NCBI RefSeq assembly: GCF_964355755.1
Contig: NC_092671.1
Coordinates: 34,234,304 to 34,298,303 of the forward strand
DNA length: 64,000 nucleotides
From: Antedon mediterranea
Lineage: Eukaryota; Animalia; Echinodermata
Direction: 5' to 3'
This document shows positions 1-11,474 of this stretch, in pieces (position 1 is the stretch's first letter; every line of letters starts with the position of its first letter). Made by a program: the position numbers and the translations under genes. The notes beneath the pieces were generated by a model, which saw only the letters and a list, made by a program, of their open reading frames with translations, did not search any database and was not told where the DNA came from.

Positions 1-473
1 TCCAGTGCCTGAATAATTAAATCAATATTGTTGAAAAGTTTTTGCCACAGCAGAACGGGTAAATTAATACCTAGATGTCCAGGTTTGTAGACACCATATT
101 CTTCCGTTTGATAATAATCTCTGAGATAAACATAAACATCGTCACCCCATCGTTGGGCCACTACATGGCGTTTTTCAGACAAGAAAATCCGATTCGTTGA
201 AGTTATGGAAATCTTTGGTACACCATCATTCATTACGGCAAAATCTCGGGCGCTCATTCCTGAGGCTTTACTCAAACCTTTACACTCATCTGTTTGACCG
301 TTAAAAGATTTTATAGAATCCAATATATTCGCTGATGTAGAAGCCATCGTTGGTAATTTTAAACTGCTACACTCGTCAGCTTGACCATTAGAACTCCACA
401 TCACTCTTTTCATTGTCCTACGGGGTTTCTCACCAATTGCTAATTTCGGAGTAGGTAAACAGCTGAAACTCAT
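1..473 (-). CDS. PC4 (p15 coactivator, ssDNA-binding) domain protein, 3' end outside window
   Basis: Hand translation from the ATG at 473 is open to the edge. It ends ...FLSEKRHVVAQRWGDDVYVYLRDYYQTEEYGVYKPGHLGINLPVLLWQKLFNNIDLIIQAL, matching the PC4 pattern (IDIREYW..GEMKPGRKGISL..EQW..L...I..I..A). Absent from the ORF track because no stop lies in the window. Confidence 0.7.
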   Translation of the reverse strand, partial: MSFSCLPTPKLAIGEKPRRTMKRVMWSSNGQADECSSLKLPTMASTSANILDSIKSFNGQTDECKGLSKASGMSARDFAVMNDGVPKISITSTNRIFLSEKRHVVAQRWGDDVYVYLRDYYQTEEYGVYKPGHLGINLPVLLWQKLFNNIDLIIQAL

Positions 474-628
474 GTTTATAGACTGTAGAGATTTACAGAG
501 AGTGAAACGAACGATTACGCTTGAAACAGGATATGCAGCTCAGTAGGGAAGTAGCCCAGTACAGTAATTAAAAAGATAATGATTGTTATTTCCGGTCAAT
601 CGTTTCCGTGACACGTGCGAAACACAAT

Positions 629-1183
629 TTAAATGTCCTCGCACAACAGCTTAAAAATAGTCTCTGAATTAATCAGGGTATTGACAAGAAAATAAACGAA
701 ATGTCTATACCGAGGCAATGAATATTCTCCGTGCATATTTAGTTTGTTGTAAACGGTATCGACTGAAACATACTTCTTATCCAGAACCTCCCGATAAAAA
801 TAGTCAATCTGTTCTTCTAGAGACTTCATACAACAGAAATCATGATCTTTTTGACTGCTCCTGTCAAATTCACAACCATAACAAGCCACTTTACTTAAAA
901 CCCAACACTTGGCTAACACTTGAGCAGCAAACAATTGTTTAACCAAACGCTCCATTTTCAACAAAAATTCTCTCTCCACCTCGTCCACGTACGTAAATAT
1001 ACAACTTGTAGGCCTGTTACTCCTCTCGACTCCTTCATCTATACCGACGGGGATAACCTCTTCGGCCGCCGTGTTACGATCATCTATATCACTGCCAAGA
1101 ACAACAACAGTATCCTCATCATCGCTAATTATTATAACAGTATCTACACAACTCCCTTGCGAAAAATATATACTTCCAGACAT
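629..1183 (-). CDS. Hypothetical Polinton-type accessory protein with CYGC-x5-SQxxH-xx-C putative zinc-binding motif
   Basis: 184-aa ORF with an acidic N-terminus (VIIISDDED, SUMO-interacting-motif-like) and CYGCEFDRSSQKDHDFCC; co-oriented with the PC4-like ORF. Confidence 0.6.
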   Translation of the reverse strand: MSGSIYFSQGSCVDTVIIISDDEDTVVVLGSDIDDRNTAAEEVIPVGIDEGVERSNRPTSCIFTYVDEVEREFLLKMERLVKQLFAAQVLAKCWVLSKVACYGCEFDRSSQKDHDFCCMKSLEEQIDYFYREVLDKKYVSVDTVYNKLNMHGEYSLPRYRHFVYFLVNTLINSETIFKLLCEDI

Positions 1184-1353
1184 AATGAAATACTGTAAAG
1201 AGATACTCTACGCAAAAATAGGCAAAACAACTGGAAAATAGTACAACAATAACCGATTCACTTTCTTACACCATCTTAAATCGTAAATAAAGTAATGACG
1301 TCACTCACCACGTACCAGAACCTCGCGCCAAAAATTAATAAATATGAGACAAA

Positions 1354-1620
1354 GAAACACCTGGCGGAAATTACATAACTATTACAATAACAGGAAAAGA
1401 ATAACCTTCATTAGAAACACCTGGCGGAAATTACATAACTAGTACGAAACCAGGAAAAGAACGACCTTCATTAGAAACACCTGGCGGAAGTTACATAACT
1501 AATACAATAACAGGAAAAGAACGACCTTCATTAGAAACACCTGGCGGAAGTTACATAACTAATACAATAACAGGAAATGAACGACCTTCATTAGAAACAC
1601 CTGGCGGATATTACGTAATC
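1354..1620. repeat. Tandem array of about 4.5 x 60-bp units, subterminal in the putative Polinton
   Basis: GAAACACCTGGCGGA recurs at 1354, 1414, 1474, 1534 and 1594, with near-identical intervening sequence. Confidence 0.95.
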
Positions 1621-1664
1621 AGGAAATACACCAAGGTCGGGTCTGAAGTACCTTTCTTTCTACT

Positions 1665-4600
1665 TCCATCCATCTCAATGCCTGGTGGTCAGTATGAACT
1701 TGAAATTCACAACCATACAGATAATACTTAAGTTTATTGATAGCCCAAACAATAGAGAGGCACTCTTTTTCTGGCACAGAATATCTCTGCTCATGTAGAG
1801 ATAACTTTCTACTTATGTACACAATTGGATAATCATTACCCTCACGATCTATTTGGCTCAGCACTGCACCTATGCCATAATTTGAGGCATCGGTTTGCAA
1901 TATAAACATCTTAACAAAATTTGGGGCTTTTAATACATTATCATCAGTAAGTCGTTTCTTTAAAGTTACAAAGGCATTTTCACATTGTTCATTCCACTTA
2001 ACGGTATTACTTTTACTCTTTAAAGTTAAATCAATCAATGGCTTAGCAATATCGGCATAGTTCTGTACAAATTTTCTGTAATAGCCAGTTAATCCGAGAA
2101 ATGATCGGACTTGTTTCTTAGACAAAGGTCTGGGGAACTTTTCCACAGCCTCAACCTTATCAATCATGGGTCTAATTTCTCCATTACCAATCTTATGCCC
2201 CAGAAATTCTACCTGTGCATAGGCAATTTTACATTTCAAAGGCTTTGCTGTCAATTCAGCACTACTTAATCTTTCTAATACATCATTCAAATGAAAAATA
2301 TGATCTTTCCAAGTTTGACTATAAATACATATGTCATCTATATATGCCTTAGCATATCCCTCAGTACCTTTTAATACCTTATCCATTAATCTTTGGAAAG
2401 TACTAGAGCTATTTTGCATACCAAATGGAAGTACATTGTAACAATACTGTCCAAATTGTGTAATAAATGCTGATTTGTCTTTGGTCTTAGGATCCAGAAG
2501 CACCTGGTAAAATCCTTTAGTTAGATCTAACGTAGTTATGTATATTGCGGATGATACCTCATCAAACATTTCGTCTATGCGAGGCATAACATAAGGGTCA
2601 ATTTTTGTAGTCTTATTTAGTGATCTAAAATCTGTCACCATTCTAATTTGATTCTGGCCTTTCTTCAGGGCAATAATAGGTGCAGCATAGGCACTAACTG
2701 TGGGTTCTATTATACCCATAGCCAACATACTATCTAATTCTTCTTTCAATTTAACCTTTAATGCTTGGGGCATTCTATATGCCCTATGCCTTATAGGCAT
2801 TTCACCATTAGTCTTAATTTCATGTGTCACTAAGTGAGTTCTACCTGGTACATCCGAGAATACATTCTGTTGGTACTTTAACAATTCTGTTAATTGTTTA
2901 GTTTGTGTATCATTTAAATTACTACTAACGTTAACATCTCTCCATGTTTGTGATTGATGATAAGACAATCCTATGTCTATTTCACTATCTAACTCATTGT
3001 CATGGACGGTTTCATTTAAGTCTACTTCTTCTATCGACTGAACATTTGTTACTACATAATAACCATCTTTACTTATTTCTACTTTATCATACCATCTCTT
3101 TAACATAGTAACATGTATAATTTGTTTTTCTTTTCTTCTACCTCCTATGTATATTTCATAATTTACATCATTGACCTTTTTTGTAACAGTGAAGGGGCCT
3201 TGCCATTTACTGCCTAACTTACTATTTCCTACTGGAAGGAATATCAACACTTTGTCCCCTTCTACAAATTTTCTATCAATAGCATTCTTGTTATAATTGT
3301 GGGACATAATTTCTTGTTGTTCAAGTTTGTTTACATTAGCATCTTTCATTAATTCCTCCATTTTTTCTCTTATGTCTAACATGTATTTGATAACATCAGT
3401 AGATGTTTCTTCATCTTCTACCCAATTACTTTTGAGTAAACTCAAGGGTCCTCTCACCTCTCTACCATAAAGCAATTTAAAAGGTGAATGGCCCGTCGCT
3501 TTACTAGGAACTTCTCTGTATGCAAACAGAAAGCGGGGTATGTAGTTATCCCAATTTTTTCTTTGCTTAACTGTAAGTGTCCTTATCATATTTTTCAATG
3601 TACCGTGAAATCTTTCAACAAGCCCATTGCTTTGGGGGTGGTACACTGTAGTCTTTAATTGATTATTCCCCAACATACTACATATAGATTGCATAATTGA
3701 AGACATGAAATTAGTTCCTTGATCATGTACAATCTCTTCGGGTAATCCTACTCTAGTAAAGACTTCTATTAGAGCCCTGGCTACTGTTTCAGCTCTAACA
3801 TTGGGTAACGGGATAGCATCCGGATATCTTGTATCATAGTCAATTATAGTAAGCATATATTTGTTATTACGGCTTGTTCTAGATAAGGGTCCAACAATAT
3901 CTATCGCTATACGTTTAAATGGTGTACTTATAATCGGTAATGGTATCAAAGTATGTTTCCTTTTACTTTTACCCTTATCTACCTTTTGCCATTCCTTACA
4001 GACTTTACAATAGACTACCACATCTTTAAATATACCTGGCCAATAGAATTGGTTCAGGACGCTACTTTTAGTTTTCTCAACACCCATGTGACCTGCAAAT
4101 GGCACATTATGACCTAAGTGTAATACACCCTGTCTACACTGAGTGGGTAATACAATCTGTTCCACTTGGTTATTCTTATCTTTAATACTACTCCAATTTC
4201 TCATCAATATACCTTGTCTCATAAAGAAACACACCCTATGCTGACCTATTTCTTCTATAGGGACTACCCTGTCAAACACTCCTTTGAGTGAGTCATCCTT
4301 AGTTTGCAATTTGATCAGTTCTTGTTTAGTTAGGTTCAGCTTGTGCTGTTGTTCATAAGTTTTATGTTTGACTGTTTTATCTTTAGCTTTATCCTCATTT
4401 TCGTCAAACAAATTATTCATTTCTGTTCCATTCATATCTTCTAAACACTTAGTTTTATTTACTTTGTTGTCATTTACTACTGCTTTCAACAATTGTACAT
4501 TAGTTTCTTTAGGCGGCTCTTCTATCGGCTTAAAGTTACTATCTTTCCCTAACAATATCATTTCGTCTTGTATTCTAACATCATTTTCTATTCTGGCTTG

Positions 4601-6465
4601 CTCTCTAGTTAGAACGAACATTTCTTTAGCCATTGTTTCCCCACAATTCTGGTCCAAATCATGACCCAATAACATGTCCTTCTGTAATCCTTCGATTACG
4701 GCTACAATCACTTTTCCTGTCACTATCTTACTTTCTATAGCTAGCTCAGCTAAGGGGACGGTTATATCGCCTCCTATACCTCTTAACGTAACCCATTTTC
4801 CTGGCAAGTAACATTTTTTAGGCACTAGACTTTCCTTAACAGCTGACTGGGTACATCCCGAGTCTCTAAGCATAGTTATATCCTGTCCTTCTAATTTTCC
4901 TGGTATTGTACACTTCTCCATTTTATTTTCTACACTATCCATAACTACTTGGGGTCTATCTGATTTTATTTCTTCACATCTTAAGCCATCTTTCACATTC
5001 GTGCCCTTCTTAGTGTCACTAGTCTTTCCTTTTGCTACCATCTTAGGACAATCCCCTATTTTATGTCCCTTCTCCTTACAATTAAAGCATAGGCCATTAA
5101 TCCATTCATTAGAAGGTTCTCTCTGTTGGAAATTTCTACCATAGTTATGGAATTTGCCTCCCTTTCCGCGATACCTATTGTATCCTTGCTGCCTAGCTCC
5201 AGGGTTATTCTGAGTCGTACTATTCTTAGGTTTACTATTTTCTTGGCCCTTATAATACGTAGGCTTATTTTCAGAATTTACGGCATTCCAATAGCCACGG
5301 CCACCTCTATTAGCTATATAATCATCGGCTATCATAGCCATATCATAGCTCTTATTTACTTGTTTATATCTAAGATAAAGCCTCAGATCTTCAGGCATTT
5401 TATCAAGTGCCTGTTCCATTATAATCATTTCAATAATGCCTGCAGCATCATCTTCTTTTACATTAGCACATTTCATCCAACATTTTAAATAATGGGAGAG
5501 CTCATTCAGCCATTCCCTGATGGACATATCTTTAACTCTGTTTGAATTTCTAAATTTAAGTCTGTAGGTCTCTGCGGACACATCATACTTTTCTAAGATT
5601 GCCTTCTTTAAGGTATCATAATCTACACATTCTTTTACGGTTAAGGATGCATATGCTGTCCTAGCTTTACCAGACAGTTCAGGTGCTAACCTAGCGGACC
5701 ACGTATTCTTATCCCAACCTGTGGCTTCTGCCAAGTGTTCAAATGTTCTAAAATATATATCAATATCATCTGATTCCTTTAAAGTAGGAACCTTTACCTT
5801 CATTTCATCTACTATATTCCTAGCATTACTGTAGCTAGACCTATTTTCTAATTCCATCATTTTCACTCTTTCTTGTGATTCAATTTTTCTTAGCTCTATA
5901 TCTGCTTTTAATTGGTCTTGTTGGTATTCTAACTTTTTGTTTTCGGCCTCGAACTTCATTCGAAAATATTCGAGCATCATATCTTTAGGCATAACACCGG
6001 GTATTTCGGGAAAATCAATATCCCTAGCCATTTTATCATATATTTCATTGACTTGGTCAACATCTTCTTGGTCAACCATATCTTCCCTAGTATCTTTGTC
6101 TGACATAGTCTTATCTATATTTTTACCCGATCTTAAAGTTGTCATGCTAATAACAATTTTACTAATGAAATATGTAAACTTATGTATACAAAACATGTTA
6201 TAAAAGTATTTGTATTACCTTTATTCCATTCAGATATGTAAAAAATATGAAATCCACATACATTTTTAAATGCAATACATTATAAGACATTAATTTACTT
6301 CAAAGTCACAAACAACGTTCCAAGTTCGCTCCGTACAAAAATTTACTTTAGAAATAAAAAATAGTTTACAAAGTCAGCTTTGCAAATCTTCTCAAAATTT
6401 ACTGGGCTTCCTTCTGTTACTTCAGTCTTCTTCTTTCAGATCTCGGTGAATATATATCTCTCCGA
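1665..6465 (-). mobile_element. Gmr1-like Ty3/Gypsy LTR retrotransposon copy 1 (no 5' LTR; 3' end cut by the insertion at 1664/1665)
   Basis: ORF 1619..6196 encodes Gag with CCHC knuckle, protease LRDSGC, integrase, RT YIDD and RNase H. Identity to copy 3 stops at ...ALRWM. Integrase zinc-finger Cys is changed to Trp (CKEW). Confidence 0.95.
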
Positions 6466-9400
6466 TTTAGAACATTTGAACACTTGGCAGAAGCCACAGG
6501 TTGGGATAAGAATACGTGGTCCGCTAGGTTAGCACCTGAACTGTCTGGTAAAGCTAGGACAGCATATGCATCCTTAACCGTAAAAGAATGTGTAGATTAT
6601 GATACCTTAAAGAAGGCAATCTTAGAAAAGTATGATGTGTCCGCAGAGACCTACAGATTTAAATTTAGAAATTCAAACAGAGTTAAAGATATGTCCATCA
6701 GGGAATGGCTGAATGAGCTCTCCCATTATTTAAAATGTTGGATGAAATGTGCTAATGTAAAAGAAGATGATGCTGCAGGCATTATGGAAATGATTATAAT
6801 GGAACAGGCACTTGATAAAATGCCTGAAGATCTGAGGCTTTATCTTAGAGATAAACAAGTAAATAAGAGCTATGATATTGCTATGATAGCCGATGATTAT
6901 ATAGCTAATAGAGGTGGCCGTGGCTATTGGAATGCCGTAAATTCTGAAAATAAGCCTACGTATTATAAGGGCCAAGAAAATAGTAAACCTAAGAATAGTA
7001 CGACTCAGAATAACCCTGGAGCTAGGCAGCAAGGATACAATAGGTATCGCGGAAGGGGAGGCAAATTCCATAACTATGGTAGAAAATTTCAACAGAGAGA
7101 ACCTTCAAATGAATGGATTAATGGCCTATGCTTTAATTGTAAGGAGAAGGGACATAAAATAGGGGATTGTCCTAAGATGGTAGCAAAAGGAAAGACTAGT
7201 GACACTAAGAAGGGCCCGAATGTGAAAGATGGCTTAAGATGTGAAGGACTAAAATCAGATAGACCCCAAGTAGTTATAGATAGTGTAGAAAATAAAATGG
7301 AGAAGTGTACAATACCAGGAAAATTAGAAGGACAGGATATAACTATGCTTAGAGACTTGGGATGTACCCAGTCAGCTGTTAAGGAAAGTCTAGTGCCTAA
7401 CAAATGTTACTTGCCAGGAAAATGGGTTTCGTTAAGAGGTATAGGAGGCGATATTACCGTCCCCTTAGCTGAGGTAGCTATAGAAAGTAAGATAGTGACA
7501 GGAAAAGTGATTGTAGCCGTAATCGAAGGATTACAGAAGGACATGTTATTGGGTCATGATTTGGACCAGAATTGTGGGGAAACAATGGCTAAAGAAATGT
7601 TCGTCCTAACTAGGGAGCAAGCCAGAATAGAAAATGATGTTAGAATACAAGACGAAATGATATTGTTAGGGAAAGATAGTAACTTTAAGCTGATAGAAGA
7701 GCCGCCTAAAGAAACTAATGTACAATTGTTAAAAACAGTAGTAAATGACAACAAAGTAAATAAAACTAAGTGTTTAGATGATATGAATGGAACAGAAATG
7801 AATAATTTGTTTGACGAAAATGAGGATAGAGCTAAAGATAAAACAGTCAAACATAAAACTTATGAACAACAGCACAAGCTGAACCTAACTAAACAAGAAC
7901 TGATCAAATTGCAAACTAAGGATGACTAACTCAAAGGAGTGTTTGACAGGGTAGTCCCTATAGAAGAAATAGGTCAGCATAGGGTGTGTTTCTTTATGAG
8001 ACAAGGTATATTGATGAGAAATTGGAGTAGTATTAAAGATAAGAATAACCAAGTGGAACAGATTGTATTACCCACTCAGTGTAGACAGGGTGTATTACAC
8101 TTAGGTCATAATGTGCCATTTGCAGGTCACATGGGTGTTGAGAAAACTAAAAGTAGGGTCCTGAACCAATTCTATTGGCCAGGTATATTTAAAGATGTGG
8201 TAGTCTATTGTAAAGTCTGTAAGGAATGCCAAAAGGTAGATAAGGGTAAAAGTAAAAGGAAACATACTTTGATACCATTACCGATTATAAGTACACCATT
8301 TAAACGTATAGCGATAGACATTGTTGGACCCTTATCTAGAACAAGCCGTAATAACAAATATATGCTTACTATAATTGACTATGCTACGAGATATCCGGAT
8401 GCTATCCCGTTACCCAATGTTAGAGCTGAAACAGTAGCCAGGGCTCTAATAGAAGTCTTTACTAGAGTAGGATTACCCGAAGAGATTGTACATGATCAAG
8501 GAACTAATTTCATGTCTTCAATTATGCAATCTATATGTAGTATGTTGGGGATTAATCAATTAAAGACTACAGTGTACCACCCCCAAAGCAATGGGCTTGT
8601 TGAAAGATTTCACGGTACATTGAAAAATATGATAAGGACACTTACAGTTAAGCAAAGAAAAAATTGGGATAACTACATACCCCCGTTTCTGTTTGCATAC
8701 AGAGAAGTTCCTAGTAAAGCGACGGGCCATTCACCTTTTAAATTGCTTTATGGTAGAGAGGTGAGGGGACCCTTGAGTTTACTCAAAAGTAATTGGGTAG
8801 AAGATGAAGAAACATCTACTGATGTTATCAAATACATGTTAGACATAAGAGAAAAAATGGAGGAATTAATGAAAGATGCTAATGTAAACAAACTTGAACA
8901 ACAAGAAATTATGTCCCAAAATTATAACAAGAATGCTATTGATAGAGAATTTGTAGAAGGGGACAAAGTGTTGATATTCCTTCCAGTAGGAAATAGTAAG
9001 TTAGACAGTAAATGGCAAGGCCCCTTCACTGTTACAAAAAAGGTCAATGATGTAAATTATGAAATATACATAGGAGGTAGAAGAAAAGAAAAACAAATTA
9101 TACATGTTAATATGTTAAAGAGATGGTATGATAAAGTAGAAATAAGTAAAGATGGTTATTATGTAGTAACAAATGTTCAGTCGATAGAAGAAGTAGACTT
9201 AAATGAAACCGTCCATGACAATGAGTTAGATAGTGAAATAGACATAGGATTGTCTTATCATCAATCACAAACATGGAGAGATGTTAACGTTAGTAGTAAT
9301 TTAAATGATACACAAACTAAACAATTAACAGAATTGTTAAAGTACCAACAGATTGTATTCTCGGATGTACCAGGTAGAACTCACTTAGTGAAACATGAAA

Positions 9401-11191
9401 TTAAGACTAATGGTGAAATGCCTATAAGGCATAGGGCATATAGAACGCCCCAAGCATTAAAGGGTAAATTGAAAGAGGAATTAGATAGTATGTTGGCTAT
9501 GGGTATAATAGAACCTACTGTTAGTGCCTATGCTGCACCTATTATTGCCCTGAAGAAAGGCCAGAATCAAATTAGAATGGTGACAGATTTTAGATCACTA
9601 AATAAGACTACACAATTTGACCCTTATGTTATGCCTCGCATAGACGAAATGTTGGATGAGGTATCATCCGCAATATACATAACTACGTTAGATCTCACTA
9701 AAGGATTTTACCAGGTGCCTCTGGATCCTAAGACCAAAGACAAATCAGCATTTATTACACAATTTGGACAGTATTGTTACTATGTACTTCCATTTGGTAT
9801 GCAAAATAGTTCTAGTACTTTCCAAAGATTATTGGATAAGGTATTACAAGGTACTGAGGGATATGCTAAGGCATATATAGATGACATATGTATTTATAGT
9901 CAAACTTGGAAAGATCATATTTTTCATTTGAATGATGTATTAGAAAGATTAAGTAGTGCTGGATTGACAGCAAAGTCTTTGAAATGTAAAATTGCCTATG
10001 CACAGTTAGAATTTCTGGGGCATAAGATTGGTAATGGAGAAATTAGACCCATAATTGATAAGGTTGAGGCTGTGGAAAAGTTCCCCAGACCTTTTTCTAA
10101 GAAACAAGTCCGATCTTTTCTCGGATTAACGGGCTATTACAGAAAATCTGTACAGAACTATGCCGATATTGCTAAGCCATTGATTGATTTAACTTTAAAG
10201 AGTAAAAGTAATACCGTTAAGTGGAATGAACAATGTGAAAATGCCTTTGTAACTTTAAAGAAACGACTTACTGATGATAATGTATTAAAAGCAAACCAAA
10301 TTTTGATAAGATGTTTATATTGCAAACCGATGCCTCAAATTATGGCATAGGTGCAGTGCTGAGCCAAATAGATGGTGAGGGTAATGATTATCCCATTGTG
10401 TACTTAAGTAGAAAGTTATCTGTACATGAGCAGAGATATTCTGTGCCAGAAAAAGAGTGCCTCTCTATTGTTTGGGCTATCAATAAACTTAAGTATTATC
10501 TGTATGGTTGTGAATTTCAAGTTCATACTGACCACCAGGCATTGAGATGGATGGACTCAATGAAGGGTGCCAATGTTAGACTTATGAGATGGGCTCTGTT
10601 TTTACAAGGATATAAATTTAAAGTTATTTACAAGAAAGGATCATTAAATGGAAATGCAGATGGATTAAGCCGTGCATAATAATATTATAGAGGTGTTATT
10701 TGTAGATAGTTTATAGTAAAATGGTTTTAAATGTTAAATTTTTGGAAAGATTGACACAATCTTTTTCCCAAAAAGGGGAATGTCATATTATTGATGTTGT
10801 GATTCTCTGTGTTTAGATAAGGATGCTTTAGACCAGGTCCGCCTTATATTATTAGCCAATCAAAATTGTATAATTTTTGGAGGGAAAATGTTATCCTCCT
10901 CTGAAGCCTAAAATTTGCATGTCCAGTATAAAAGTGGAATGTAATAGAGATTAGAGAGAAGAGAGAATAAGATCAGAGTAGATAAACGGAAAGATGATAA
11001 AGAAAATATTAAGGCTTGACTGGTAGTGGTAGAAAGATGTATTAATCGAATTACAAGGAATAAAAGTTCTAGTTGAGTTAAATATACTTTTTGTATGAGT
11101 TATCATTCAGTGACAGTGTACGTCGCGTGGAGTTATATATATATATATACGCCTGAGAAAGCTCGGAACCAACTAAGATATATTCACTACA
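6466..11191 (+). mobile_element. Gmr1-like Gypsy copy 2, 5'-truncated and defective, with 3' LTR
   Basis: ORFs 6484..7929, 7939..10350 and 10311..10679 are one gag-pol broken by TAA at 7927-7929 and a frameshift near 10295. Protease DSG is changed to DLG. PPT AAAAAGGGGAA precedes the LTR. Confidence 0.95.
10781..11191 (+). repeat. 3' LTR of copy 2 (411 bp, TGTCAT...CACTACA)
   Basis: TG...CA ends; homologous to the reverse complement of the LTRs at 50845-51328 and 56592-57075. Confidence 0.9.
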
Positions 11192-11474
11192 CTTCTTTAG
11201 TATTTTGAAGAAACACTTCAATATCCAGATAGGCAAAAGAAACAAGAAAAAAATTCAACATTTATATTTTTTACGATTTATTTAGAAAGTGTGTTTACTA
11301 GAAATGTTCGCGCTTTGTGACACTTAAAATATGGTCCTCGGTCAAGTTGTCCTTTAATGCCTCGCTTTTGGAAACATAGATATACCGGTTGAGTATTATA
11401 GGATAAACAAGTACTAAGAAGAATTTACATTATTTATATAAGCTTACTAATAAAACATTAATAATTTGTTACAG

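Larger units (their letters stand above)
1..1664 (-). mobile_element. Terminal segment of a putative Polinton/Maverick (adintovirus-like) element, continuing off the left edge
   Basis: Minus-strand terminus reads AGTAGAAAGAAAGG from 1664 (Polinton ends are AG...CT). It abuts an abruptly interrupted Gypsy RNase H at 1665, and carries a subterminal 60-bp tandem array and two compact co-oriented ORFs (PC4-like; CxGC..SQxxH..C motif). No pPolB, integrase or capsid gene is inside the window. Confidence 0.65.

Noticed and set aside
1354-1620. CRISPR-like periodicity
   Set aside because: The whole 60-bp unit repeats with no unique spacers; eukaryotic context and no cas genes.
1619-1664. C-terminus EVERKVLQTRPWCIS of ORF 1619..6196 as a novel Pol tail
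   Set aside because: It is read-through from the interrupted RNase H into the inserted element.
4368-7850. Recurrent antisense ORFs (4368, 5126, 5937, 6730, 7089, 7554; also 54257-55422)
   Set aside because: Shadow frames of gag-pol, repeated only because the element is repeated.
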